The notes under the pieces: generated by a model | What the model saw: the letters and a program-made list of their open reading frames with translations, nothing else | What the model was told of the DNA's origin: nothing | The model's database searches: none | Shown here: positions 1 through 11,054 of the stretch, piece after piece | How the letters are laid out: every line of letters begins with the position of its first letter | How positions within the stretch are numbered: position 1 is the stretch's first letter | Program-made: the position numbers and the translations under genes | NCBI GenBank assembly: GCA_020184695.1 | Contig: JAANOX010000068.1 | Location: forward strand, 1 to 64,000 | Source of the DNA: Histomonas meleagridis 2922-C6/04-290x | Taxonomy: Eukaryota; Protista; Parabasalia | Direction: 5' to 3' | DNA length: 64,000 nucleotides

Positions 1-1
1 A

Positions 2-596
2 ATTTGGCAAGTACAAAAATTTATTAACAACACAACACATAAAATATGCGATTTAAAGCATAAATATTTTTCTACATTAAGAAATCTATTCGAATTACGT
101 GTATCTGAACTGAAGACTAAATCAATTGATGATAAAATGAAAGCAATCACACTTGACTCAATCACTATACCCGAAAAAATGAAGAAAACTAGCGCTTTAA
201 TCCAAGAAAAAATTGGTATTATCAACGAGATTAATGATTCATTAGATGCTTTAATGACCACATCAAAAGGTTGCGACGCATTTGCTATCGATCGTGTAAA
301 CCGTTCAATTCAGGCGCTAGAAAGCTGGACGGTTTCTTCAATCAAAAATTTTGCCATCAAACTATCCACTCAAACCGCTAATTTTACGTAGAGTAAAGAA
401 AAGTAGCGGAAGAGGAAGCAGAGCTGAAAGATCAATCCCTCCGCCTGCTCCTGAAACAAGATTTGTTAAAAGAACTCCACCTTCATCAATTAATATGACT
501 TCGTTAGCGCTAAGTATTGGAAGATTGGATTTGTTGGCAAATGATATAGAAAGAGTTTTAAATAGAATTGACGAGGAATTAAATGAGAAAAATTAA
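2..596 (+). CDS. 3' part of a hypothetical coiled-coil gene entering from the left edge; frame A open 2-391 (TAG), frame B open 321-596, probably one gene with a +1 frameshift
   Basis: Frame of ORF 137..391 has no stop back to position 2; overlapping +1 frame continues with similar composition to TAA(A) at 594-597. Confidence 0.45.
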
Positions 597-961
597 AAAT
601 GTTCTTACTAAAATATCTTTTAAATTTTTTATTTGTAAATATTATTTGATTTGATTATTTATAAAATGTAATTGAAATTGCTTTACTGAAAATAAAGAAA
701 ATGCTAATCATCATTAAATATTTTATATCTGATGAAGAAAGTTATTAAATGCTCTTAACATGTGCAAAATAATTTTTTTGATTCATTCTATTGTTCATTG
801 ACATGAAAATTTTTTTGAAATCTTCTTGAAACAGACATAAAATTTATTATAAGTATTCATAAAAAATTGAGTAAATAAACTTAAAACGAAAAATATCTTC
901 CAGTCAAAGTCAAAACAACGAAAAGAAACATTTATCAAAACTCAAAATTTATATAAAACAT

Positions 962-1618
962 ATGCCATCTTTGGGAGTCTTAAAAATCATCATAATAACA
1001 ATCAATTGTTTTATTTTCTGTCTGATTAATGGATGCATAATTTTTCCTTATTGCGAGCTAAAGAAAGCAAATCTCATTCATTTTATAAAATCTGATATAT
1101 CAGTGTTTATTATATTTTTTATGTATTTTTTACTTATTATAACACTTATATTGGGAATTATTTTAACACATCATCAACAAACACCATTAATTTATGGATA
1201 TATTTCAGTTTTAATTTTCACAATGTTCACATTATTGGCTCTTGGTTTTATGGCTATTTTGTATGAGGAAAATTTACTCATAAAATTTGGTGATAAGTGG
1301 ACAAAAGTAGAAAATTTGATTGTTGTTCTAGGTATAGAAAGAAAATTAAAATGCTCTGACTTTGATTCTTTAACTCCAACTTATGAAGGACATTTTAGAA
1401 ATTTCAGACCATTTTGTCGTGATGAAATCAAAGAAAATGTTTTATATCCAATTTTTTATTTTTTATTCCCCTCGTTAATCACTATTGTAATTCTTGAAGG
1501 CGTTCTAATGTATGTTGCGATTAACTTATTAAATTATTCAAAGGAGAAAAACTCTTATTCTTATAACATTCAAACTGTGAAGTTCCAAGAAAATCCATCA
1601 ATTGAACAGTACCAATAA
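962..1618 (+). CDS. Tetraspanin-like 4-TM membrane protein (divergent)
   Basis: Three N-terminal hydrophobic helices, a large loop with Cys (ERKLKCSDF at the CCG position, FC later), a fourth helix and short tail; 218 aa. Confidence 0.65.
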   Translation: MPSLGVLKIIIITINCFIFCLINGCIIFPYCELKKANLIHFIKSDISVFIIFFMYFLLIITLILGIILTHHQQTPLIYGYISVLIFTMFTLLALGFMAILYEENLLIKFGDKWTKVENLIVVLGIERKLKCSDFDSLTPTYEGHFRNFRPFCRDEIKENVLYPIFYFLFPSLITIVILEGVLMYVAINLLNYSKEKNSYSYNIQTVKFQENPSIEQYQ

Positions 1619-1842
1619 AAAAATTTAAAATTTGATATGTTTTTAGGAAAATTATGTTCTTAAAATGAGAATTCTTAATATTATTTTTTGAATTCGTTTT
1701 CTTCAAAACAAGTACTCATGTTTTAAATTAAATCATCGCTTAAAACATTAAAAAAAATAACTCAAATACTTTATCATAAATTATATATAAGTTAAATATA
1801 TATACCGGTATATATATTGAAATTCAACAAAAAGTTTACTTA

Positions 1843-2250
1843 TTAAAATGTACTGCTAAGTAATTTTACTATTTCAGTATGTTTATTTAAAGTTACGCAT
1901 AACTGCTGTTGAATTATTTGAAAGTTTTTCATGTTTTTATATATATTATTACCAAATTTGTAGGGCCTAAACAAAGAAATTAATGTTTTTTGTTCTTTTT
2001 CTGATTTATAATGAATAAAACTTAAATTGTCTGAGTTCATGAAAATTTTTGGATCCAATAAATTATTTAACAAATATATGATGATTTTTGAGAAACTTTT
2101 TTTTTGAAGATAATGCAAAAATATCTCAAATATTTTGGATTCTATTTTGCTTACAAGCAAGCTTCAAGTTTCTTCAAATTCATCAACCTTTTTCAAAATG
2201 TCCAAATATATGGAAAAATCATTCGGATTTGAAATAAATGAAAAGATACT
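1843..2250 (-). pseudogene. Decayed, internally deleted paralog of the DUF3447-type ankyrin gene family
   Basis: Translates KIFEIFLHYL and FIHYKSEKE (cf. KIIQIFGNYL and FAHYKSEKE in 28693 ORF) and ends in ankyrin remnant HTEIVKLL; in-frame stop upstream, no ATG. Confidence 0.6.
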
Positions 2251-2458
2251 TTTACTTACTTTCAAAATATCATATGACAGTCATATGATAAATAATTGAT
2301 ATTGATATGATAAATAATTAAGTTAAAAGAAAATGAATAATTCTTATCACACAAATCAATTATTGATTGAGGTGTTTGAGAAAGTTCCTGATAATTTAGC
2401 CCGAAAATTTTTTGCTACTTTCCGTATAAATCATTCAATTGCCTGAGGTTTTGATGAG

Positions 2459-3436
2459 ATGGATGAAGAAAACCAACCATTCCTAAAGAAACAATTTGAT
2501 GATCCTAATATTCCTCCACTTACAAAGTGGAGAAATTACTTACACTTCTTTTGGATAACAATTGATAAACCAACTCCAATTCGACTGCGTTATTCTGTTT
2601 TTGAAATTTGGCCAATATTAACAGAAATATTTATTTACTTACATGTGATTATAACATACCAAATGCATATCAGGTTCCATATTGCTGGATTCCAAGGAAC
2701 TCCATTGTTTGCATTTTTGTATGGTTGTTTTTCTATCACAGGCTTGATATGCCTTCTTATTACATATCAAACAGATCCTGGGTATCTTCCTTTTTATTAC
2801 TCGCAAGACAAAAAAAAGCATTATACGTTAGATGAGATAAAATCAGGAACAGCAATTACCCAAGAACAAATTGATTATGCTAAAAAGCAACCACGTCCAG
2901 CTAGGTGTTCATTTATATCTAGTCAAGGTCGCTATGTTTTGCGAGCTGATCATTATTGTAGCTATGTTGGGAATTTTATAGGGATTTACAATCACAGATT
3001 TTTCCAATTAACCATGTTTTATATGGGTTTTTCTGTTCTTTATTTTTTTATTCTGATATGTTATGAAAAATTTATTGGAACATATCCTTTTTCAATATTT
3101 GTTTTTATTTTCCAATTTGTTAATAGCTTTTTGTTTTCTTATCTTCTTCTTAATAACCTTCGGTTCCAACTAACATTAGTCAGTAAGAACATAACATATG
3201 TTGAATCATTAAAAGGAAAAAAGCACTCTGAGTATGACAATGGGTGCTTGAGGAATTTCGAAGAAGTTTGTGCTCCTAGAAAGTATTTACCGCTTTGGAT
3301 TCTTCCAATACCTCTTCCGCATACTGTTGATGGATTTTCTTTTAGACCGAATGAGGGTGTTGAAGAATCAGATTCGGACGACAGAATGGATGAGAATGAG
3401 TTGTTGAACAAATTCTTATTCATGATATTAATATAG
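2459..3436 (+). CDS. DHHC-family palmitoyltransferase (DHYC variant)
   Basis: TDPG after TM2, RPARCS..RYVLRADHYCSYVGNFIGIYNHRFF, 4 TM helices, TYVE (TTxE-like), NFEEV. Confidence 0.9.
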   Translation: MDEENQPFLKKQFDDPNIPPLTKWRNYLHFFWITIDKPTPIRLRYSVFEIWPILTEIFIYLHVIITYQMHIRFHIAGFQGTPLFAFLYGCFSITGLICLLITYQTDPGYLPFYYSQDKKKHYTLDEIKSGTAITQEQIDYAKKQPRPARCSFISSQGRYVLRADHYCSYVGNFIGIYNHRFFQLTMFYMGFSVLYFFILICYEKFIGTYPFSIFVFIFQFVNSFLFSYLLLNNLRFQLTLVSKNITYVESLKGKKHSEYDNGCLRNFEEVCAPRKYLPLWILPIPLPHTVDGFSFRPNEGVEESDSDDRMDENELLNKFLFMILI

Positions 3437-3655
3437 AACAATTTTATAAAATTCATAAACATTGTGTTACATTAAATATATATTCAATGTTTTCATGTGA
3501 GATGTACAAATAAATGAGTATTTGGCTTTGCTTTCATTGTAAGTTTAAATTTGATTTTGCAACACGATTTGTTCGTTAACGGTTTGTTGGTATTGAATCG
3601 TTTACATACTGTACGTTTAGAGCATACAAATCATACATTCACTCTCCATTACAGA

Positions 3656-5395
3656 ATGTCGCTTAATAACAGTACTATTGGTCGACCTTCAATTAATAAT
3701 AATAATAACCAAAACAACAAAGAATTATCTATAATTTCAAAACAAAAAGCGAAAAATCAAAATAATCAAACATTAAATCTAGGAGAATCAGATGACAGAA
3801 TCAAAGTATTTTTAAGAATGAGACCATTATTGCCAGGTGAAAAAGCAATGGATTTCCAAATTGAAGATCAAACTATAACAATTCGTCCATCACGTGGATC
3901 TTCTTATTTCTGTGTAGATAAATCATACTCATTCCGGAAAATTTTGGACAAAGATACATCCCAAGCAAGTGTATTTGAAGATATCGCACTTCCATTATTA
4001 TCGGATTTCTTTGAAGGAAATGATGTTCTTATTTTTTGCTATGGATGTACCAATGCAGGGAAAACATTTACAATAACTGGAACTAATGAAAAGCCTGGTC
4101 TTATACAAAGAACAATGAATTTTATTGTACCACAAATTATATCATCTTCTGAAAAACAAAAGCCAAAACTTACATCATCTTACATCGAAATATATAATGA
4201 AAAGATATATGATCTATTAAGTACCGCCAAAAATCCAGAAACATTAAAACTCATGAACGATAAAGATGGAGACATCATTATTAAATCAGCAATTGAATTT
4301 CCTATTGAATCATTAGAAGATGTTTCAGCTTTACTTGAAAAAGGAGAGAATGGAAGACATCGTGGAGTTACAGACTTTAATTGTGATAGTTCACGATCAC
4401 ATACTATTTTTAGGTTAAAGTTAACATGGCAAAAACAAGTTTCTTTCTTATCAATTATTGATCTTGCTGGCTGTGAAAGGATTTCAGTAGTAAATTCTGC
4501 TTCAGGTTCATTTAAGGAGGCATGCAACATTAACAAGTCTATGTTATCACTAGGGAAATGTATTAGACTCCTTAAAGAAGCAGGAACAAAAAGAACGCCT
4601 GTTCCATACCGTGAATCGAAACTAACATATTTATTTAAAACATTTTTCGAGCCAACAAAAAGACCTGCTAAAGCTGCAATGATTGTTAATGTTTCACCAT
4701 CAATAACACAAATCGAAGATACTATTTTTGCATTACAATTTGCTGCTGAAGCTTCACAATGTGCTGTACGTCAAGTATCACGACCAGAAACAGATATTGT
4801 TCATACAGAACCTAAAAAAGTTCCTGTAAAGAAAGAAATTGAAATCGTAGAAACAGAAGAAGAAATAGAAAACCGGCTTAGATCAGAACTTAAAAAAGAA
4901 ATGGAACAATATATTATGGAAAAAGAAGAACAATATAAACGACAAATGGAAACATTTAATTCGATTTGTCAAAGTATATTTTTAAGTAGATTTGAATCTT
5001 CTTCTTTTATGGATAATTCTATTCCACTTGAAGAATTGTATAATAAAAAAATCAGCGAAAAGAAAGAATACCTAACGAAAATACAAAAAATTCATCTCGA
5101 TTCAGAAGAAGAAGAGAAAAAATTAATGGATGAACTAGAAAAAGCAAAAGAAGAACTATATAAAATTAGACAAGAAAATGAAAAAATATTAACAGAAAAT
5201 GAAATGTACAGAAATGAAATAGATGAAATATATCATAGAAATTACAGAGGTTCAAGAAAAAGCTCCATGCAACAATACTTCAAATCTGTAAAGTTTAGGG
5301 TTGCACAAGAAGATCCCCCAAAGGTCTGTCAAAACAATAATGAAAACTTCCTCCAGAATGACATACTTCCGAAATCTATTCTCAAGAAAACCTAA
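3656..5395 (+). CDS. Kinesin motor protein, likely kinesin-6 (MKLP/KIF20-23-like) with coiled-coil tail
   Basis: YGCTNAGKT P-loop, NCDSSRSH, DLAGCER, INKSMLSLGKCI, VPYRESKLT; first ATG at 3656 (track start is TTG). Confidence 0.9.
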   Translation: MSLNNSTIGRPSINNNNNQNNKELSIISKQKAKNQNNQTLNLGESDDRIKVFLRMRPLLPGEKAMDFQIEDQTITIRPSRGSSYFCVDKSYSFRKILDKDTSQASVFEDIALPLLSDFFEGNDVLIFCYGCTNAGKTFTITGTNEKPGLIQRTMNFIVPQIISSSEKQKPKLTSSYIEIYNEKIYDLLSTAKNPETLKLMNDKDGDIIIKSAIEFPIESLEDVSALLEKGENGRHRGVTDFNCDSSRSHTIFRLKLTWQKQVSFLSIIDLAGCERISVVNSASGSFKEACNINKSMLSLGKCIRLLKEAGTKRTPVPYRESKLTYLFKTFFEPTKRPAKAAMIVNVSPSITQIEDTIFALQFAAEASQCAVRQVSRPETDIVHTEPKKVPVKKEIEIVETEEEIENRLRSELKKEMEQYIMEKEEQYKRQMETFNSICQSIFLSRFESSSFMDNSIPLEELYNKKISEKKEYLTKIQKIHLDSEEEEKKLMDELEKAKEELYKIRQENEKILTENEMYRNEIDEIYHRNYRGSRKSSMQQYFKSVKFRVAQEDPPKVCQNNNENFLQNDILPKSILKKT

Positions 5396-5701
5396 ATCAT
5401 CACAAACCTTCCATTAATATTCACCTTAATTTTTTTTTAGTAAAGTCAATTATATTAATTTAATACTTTTACAATGATCATTTATACAAAGTTCAAATCA
5501 TAATCCTAAAGTGAATTTTATTATACTCATTCAAAAGAAGTTTAATTTAGTTAAATTTAAATCTTTTTTATATGTTATCTAATCACATTCGTTAATCCGA
5601 AACAAGTTATGAACTGTGTTCAAAACTTTGTAATTTTCCAATTGATTCTGCAAAATGTCAAAAATGTTTTTTATTTTGATTGTAAATTCTTTATTTACTC
5701 T

Positions 5702-7966
5702 TTAGAACTTTCCTGACTTTAAGCTCATTGTTCTATTGAATACCTTCTTTTCATCAGTTGAATCCCTATCGACCACGAAGTATCCCAATCTTTCGAATTG
5801 GAACCTGTCGTATTCCTTGGCGTCCTTTAGCATTGGCTCCACCATAGCGTTCTCCTTAATGACTATCGAATCCTTATTCAAGTCCTTTGTCCAATCGCCT
5901 TCGACTGCCATAGGATCCTTTGACATAAATAATTTGTCGTATAGTCTAACTTGTGCTTTGATAGCGCCGTCTGAAACCCATTGTATGTAAGCCTTCGCTT
6001 TACCTTCGAACTTTTCGGCAATTATTTCGACGACTTGATCATTCTCCTTAACCAAGTCGACAACTTTAATCAAGAAATTCGCGTACTTCAATCCAACAGG
6101 ATTCTCTTTCGTCAAGCGCTTGAATCCTTTTTCGCCAATTTCCTGGAAGTCAGAACGATCGATGTATACGACAGATGATATCTTCATTGGACGAACGCCC
6201 TTATTTGGATATTTCGGAAACTGTGGCGGTGATAACTCAATAGTTTCGTTCATGTTCTTGATTGTAACTTTAAGTGGATCCAATACACAAAACATACGTG
6301 GCGCTGTTTCATCAAGTTCTTGACTTTGTACGTATTCTAATTTCTCGTAATCAATCGACGACTTAACGTTACGTGTGTAGCCTACGCCTTTAACAAATGT
6401 GCGGATAGCTGACGCTGTGAAACCTCTACGTCGAAGTCCTGCAACTGTTGGCATACGTGGGTCATCCCAACCATTAACTAAATGCTGTTGGACTAATGCT
6501 TGTAAACGACGTTTCGACATAACTGTGTATGTGATATTCAAACGTGAGAACTCCCATACGAATGGCTTGTAGATACGTAATGCATCAAGCACCCAATAAT
6601 ATGAATCTCTTCGACTTTCGAATTCTAATGTGCATAATGAATGTGTAACGTGTTCAATGGAATCAATGACACAATGTGAATAATCATATGTCGGATAGAT
6701 ACACCATTCATCTTTGGTGCGCGGATGTGGGCTATAGATAATACGATATGCGACTTGATCACGCATGTTTGGATTAAGGCTTTGATAATCCATCTTTAAA
6801 CGTAACGTGGCTTCTGATGGGGTATAGTATCCAATTCGCATAAGCTCAAATTCACGTAATGACTCTTCAACTGGACGATCACGCCATGGAGATGGAAGTT
6901 TGTTCTGGCGATAATGCTTGATTTCGGCTTTGGTTTGGTGGCAGACATACGCAAGTCCTGCCTTGATGAGTTGGATTGCAAATTCATAAAGTTGATGGAA
7001 ATAATCAGATGTATGTGTGATCTTCCACCAGTGGAATCCCATCCATTGGACATCGGATTTGATACCTTCGATGAATTCGTCCTTTTCTTTGGCTGGATTT
7101 GTGTCATCAAGTCTCATGTAACATTTGCCACCTTTAAGTTCAGCAAGACCAAAGTCAAGATACATGGCTTTGGCATGACCAATGTGGATCCAGCCATTTG
7201 GTTCTGGTGGGAAACGAGTCATATAACTTCCATTTGTAATTTCCATATGTTGTTTTTGAACATCATCAGGATTCTTCATTGCGTTGTCGGCTGGAGTGGG
7301 GAATTTGGCAACAATACCAGCAAAGTCAATCTCGTTATCTTCATCTTCAGCAGATTCAGCTTTTTCAACTTCTTTTTTAGGCTCTTCCTTCTTTGGAGCT
7401 TCTTTCTTAGGCGCTTGTTTGACTGGTGCTTTGTCTGGAATTGTGCTGAGAACTTTGTTGATCTCGGACATTATCATTCCACTATTGGCGAATTTCATGT
7501 TTTCATAAGATTTAACCTTTTGGAGAATGGATCCAACAGCAGCTTTCTTGCCTTTTTGTTCAATGATGGATTTGATGGAATCTTCACCAAAGGCTTTATT
7601 GACATTAGAAACGATTTGTTCATTAGTAACTTCAATACCAATTCCTGATTCTGCATCGAACTGTTCATCAGTGTAAGTGTTGTTCTTCGAAACAAAGTCC
7701 ATGATGGATGCAAGTTGTTCTTGAGTTTTGATCTTATCTTCACCAATGTAGAGAGCAATCTTACTGAAAGCTGCATTTGGAAGAACCTTTTGTGATAACT
7801 TCTGAAGTAAAACACCTTTTGCTTGTGGACATCCAGATGATGGAATTTTGGCTTCTTGAATAGCTAATAAGAGACGACTTGTTGATTTTTGATTCTTAAG
7901 AAGCTTATTAGCTTCTGTCTCGGAAATTCCAATTGATAGGAACACCTTTTTTGTTTCCTCACTCAT
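5702..7966 (-). CDS. QARS1: Glutaminyl-tRNA synthetase (eukaryotic type with N-terminal extension)
   Basis: TRFPPEPNGWIHIGHAKA, LDDTNP, IYPTYDYSHC, VMSKRRL, FQFERLGYF. Confidence 0.97.
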   Translation of the reverse strand: MSEETKKVFLSIGISETEANKLLKNQKSTSRLLLAIQEAKIPSSGCPQAKGVLLQKLSQKVLPNAAFSKIALYIGEDKIKTQEQLASIMDFVSKNNTYTDEQFDAESGIGIEVTNEQIVSNVNKAFGEDSIKSIIEQKGKKAAVGSILQKVKSYENMKFANSGMIMSEINKVLSTIPDKAPVKQAPKKEAPKKEEPKKEVEKAESAEDEDNEIDFAGIVAKFPTPADNAMKNPDDVQKQHMEITNGSYMTRFPPEPNGWIHIGHAKAMYLDFGLAELKGGKCYMRLDDTNPAKEKDEFIEGIKSDVQWMGFHWWKITHTSDYFHQLYEFAIQLIKAGLAYVCHQTKAEIKHYRQNKLPSPWRDRPVEESLREFELMRIGYYTPSEATLRLKMDYQSLNPNMRDQVAYRIIYSPHPRTKDEWCIYPTYDYSHCVIDSIEHVTHSLCTLEFESRRDSYYWVLDALRIYKPFVWEFSRLNITYTVMSKRRLQALVQQHLVNGWDDPRMPTVAGLRRRGFTASAIRTFVKGVGYTRNVKSSIDYEKLEYVQSQELDETAPRMFCVLDPLKVTIKNMNETIELSPPQFPKYPNKGVRPMKISSVVYIDRSDFQEIGEKGFKRLTKENPVGLKYANFLIKVVDLVKENDQVVEIIAEKFEGKAKAYIQWVSDGAIKAQVRLYDKLFMSKDPMAVEGDWTKDLNKDSIVIKENAMVEPMLKDAKEYDRFQFERLGYFVVDRDSTDEKKVFNRTMSLKSGKF

Positions 7967-8391
7967 ACGTGATTGTGGTCAGTGGCAGTTTTTGTGTGGG
8001 ATTTCAGCAAGCCAAAACCGCTCATTTTGAATGAAGCTGGCTCGATTTTCACACAAAATAAATATGGGAAAGTCGTTACAAAAAATATATATTTTGCATT
8101 AATTTAATAATATTGATGATTAATATTAAGACAATGTAATGAAATTAATATATTACTTTTATTCTTTGATTTTTATAATATAATTTTGATATTCAATTGT
8201 ATTTAATTTTAGATTAATAAAATTAACTTGTTATAACAATATCTAATGGATATATTTTGCAGATTATTGAGATTAAAATATTGTAAAATATTGTAAAGTT
8301 TGTGAAAAGCAAAAATTTGGTCACATTAAATTTAAATAATTTCTGCCAAATAAAAATGAATTAAAATAAAATTGTCTTAAAATTGGTAAAG

Positions 8392-9429
8392 ATGTGGAGC
8401 AAACAAGAAATTTTAGCTTTTTCCGATTTATTATCTGCACTAACAAACTACCGAGCAGTCGCATCAAAAAGCCTTGATGAAATGGCTCAAAAAGGAGTTC
8501 GTACTCCACAGCAAATTACCAATCTTAGAAATGCTGTAAATTCAAATGCTGATCTTTTTGAATATATCATAAAAAAGGCTCCAGGTGTGTTTGGTGCCAA
8601 AAAAGAACAACAAATTCAATTTCCAATTACTAGATCACCTGAAGAATTTGATTCAACTGATCTTTCTCAACTTATGGCCGCTATTAAATCCGCGGCTCGT
8701 GACTGGACCCCACTTGGTGATAATGAACGAAATCAAACTTACACTCCAATCATTGATGCGCTTAATGAATTTCTTCCCAGAGACTCTACTGTTCTAGTTC
8801 CAGGTGCAGGCCTTTGTCGCCTTGCCGTCGAAATCAGTTCTTCAGGTTTTATCTCATTTGCTAATGAGCAAGCTTTCATCATGATATTAATGACGCAAAT
8901 TGCACTTCGACGAAAACATGTATTTCAGATTTTCCCATTTCTTCATCAAGTATCTGGTCTAGATTCATATGATGATGCACTTATGGGGTTCACATTTCCT
9001 TCAGCACAAATCAAAGATAACTACGATACACGAGGTGGGATCATTGATCCACTAAAGCTGCTTTCTGAGGGAAGGTTAAATCTTCTTGCTGGTGGTTTTG
9101 AAGCAATAAAATGTGCACGTGAACATCTTTATGATGCTGTGGTAACTTGCTATTTTATCGATGTTGTGGAAAATATTCGGCAAACAGTCGAATTAATTTA
9201 TAACCTCCTTCGGCCTGGAGGATATTGGATAAATATGGGACCAATGCTTTTGCATAGATGTGATGATAATTTGTTCTCATCAATGACACTAACAGATCTT
9301 GTACAAATTACAGAAGAAATGGGATTCCAAATAGTGAAGGATGATAGAGTTTATACAACATATTGCCAAAACCCAAAGTCACACATCAGATCATCTTATA
9401 GGTGTCAGTTTCTAGTTGCACGAAAGTGA
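8392..9429 (+). CDS. CARNMT1: N2227-like / carnosine N-methyltransferase-like SAM-dependent methyltransferase
   Basis: ARDW, ERNQTYTPII, VLVPGAGLCRL, YDAVVTCYFID, PGGYWINMGP; ATG at 8392. Confidence 0.85.
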   Translation: MWSKQEILAFSDLLSALTNYRAVASKSLDEMAQKGVRTPQQITNLRNAVNSNADLFEYIIKKAPGVFGAKKEQQIQFPITRSPEEFDSTDLSQLMAAIKSAARDWTPLGDNERNQTYTPIIDALNEFLPRDSTVLVPGAGLCRLAVEISSSGFISFANEQAFIMILMTQIALRRKHVFQIFPFLHQVSGLDSYDDALMGFTFPSAQIKDNYDTRGGIIDPLKLLSEGRLNLLAGGFEAIKCAREHLYDAVVTCYFIDVVENIRQTVELIYNLLRPGGYWINMGPMLLHRCDDNLFSSMTLTDLVQITEEMGFQIVKDDRVYTTYCQNPKSHIRSSYRCQFLVARK

Positions 9430-9765
9430 TACTCATGATTAAATAAACACATCTTTGATATAAAATATCTATTCTTAAATTATGAGCATATTCATGAAAA
9501 AAAAAATAATTTTTATTTTTAATAACAAATGAAAGTAAATCAGTAAAGTATTTTAACCAGTGATTTTTGGATTAAGAAATGGTATGTTTTTAACAATTTA
9601 CTGTTTACAAGTTGTTTATCAGCGTTAACCGTTTATATTGACCAAGATTTTGAAAAACCGTCAATTACCGATCAGAGTATTCAAATTTGTGAATGAGAAT
9701 TTGGAAGGAAAAGTCACACCAAGAAAGTTTACTGTAATGCTAAGATTTATCTATTTAATTGTTTT

Positions 9766-10404
9766 TCACTTGCAGCATCCACCTTTCTTCTTTGTGGTTG
9801 GCTCATTTAGACTAACTCCCTTTTCTTCATGAGCTGGCTCTATTTTGTTGTCCATAACATAACGAATTAAATCGGTGACTGCATTTTCGATATTTGTTGC
9901 TTCGCGAGCGCTGGTGGTATAGAAACCAACAAATCCTTTGCTTTTAATATACTCATTCATTTCTTCTTGTGATTTGGTCCAGTTCCCACCGGTACAAAGA
10001 TCAATTTTGTTGCCAAGAAGCATACAAGGAATTGGTTTACCTTCTGATGTGAAAACTTTGGAATCAATATCTTTTTTCCAATCATCAACCATGTCAAAAG
10101 TTGGCATCCTAGTGACATCAAATACAACAAATGCTGCACATGCTTCTTGATAATAAACATGAGTCATATTTCCATATCGTTCTTGACCTGCAATATCCCA
10201 AAGTTGGATGTTAATTGTAGTATTTGGGTCCCACTGAATGTCTTTGCTTGCAAAATCGACCCCAATCGTTGTTTTATAAAATTCGGAAAAGAATCCTTGA
10301 ACGTACTGACGAATAAGAGAGGTTTTTCCTGTACCCATTTCCCCAACAACAAGAACCTTCATAACCAATTTTATTTGCGCAGGCGTATCTCCCAAATCAA
10401 CCAT
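9766..10404 (-). CDS. Rab GTPase, Rab32/38/29-like
   Basis: GEMGTGKTS, TIGVDF, diagnostic WDIAGQE, NKID, TSA, C-terminal GGCCK prenylation motif. Confidence 0.93.
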   Translation of the reverse strand: MVDLGDTPAQIKLVMKVLVVGEMGTGKTSLIRQYVQGFFSEFYKTTIGVDFASKDIQWDPNTTINIQLWDIAGQERYGNMTHVYYQEACAAFVVFDVTRMPTFDMVDDWKKDIDSKVFTSEGKPIPCMLLGNKIDLCTGGNWTKSQEEMNEYIKSKGFVGFYTTSAREATNIENAVTDLIRYVMDNKIEPAHEEKGVSLNEPTTKKKGGCCK

Positions 10405-11054
10405 TTTCTATATGAAACGGTTAGAAAGTTTGACTATCTTCGTTCGGTTTACTTTTGAATAGTTTATCATGCAGAGTGAAAAGAAGTTTTTTTCTAAAAT
10501 TTTATCGTATATTTCATTAAAATAATTATAATAATAGTAATTCTAAAATTTTAATAATTATATTTTTTATTTAATATGGCAAAAATGTTATGAAATAATA
10601 TTAATTAAAATGAAAATTTTTTATTTTAGATATTTTTTTTTTGTTATGTACAAAAGCAATGTCAAAAACATGTCATGTGCAAAAAAATAAGACTGAAACA
10701 CCAGACAAAAGTATAAAAATAAATTAATCTTTTCATTTAATGTGGATATAAGATCAAGTATATTTTTATTCATGAAAAAATAATGAGATTTTTAGGAAAA
10801 ACAATCGTACTTTTTCCAAACGTATTTTTTTATCAAATTTATTTTTTTCTCACAATTAGAGTTCAATCATACGATGATTTTTTAAAAGTCAATTAAATCA
10901 AGGAAATGACTTTTATCAAAAAGGCAAAAAACATTCAAAAAGAATAAATTTTTGTTGTGTAATATTTCCATGAAGCTTTTTGATAGCAAATTATTATTTT
11001 TCTATGAACTTTCATTCATCAAAATTGTCTTTTCAGTAATTTAGGTAGAAAAGC

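Noticed and set aside
3539-3654. Intron GTAAGT...ACAG upstream of the kinesin
   Set aside because: Joining the upstream ATG creates an immediate TAA, and no branch motif is present
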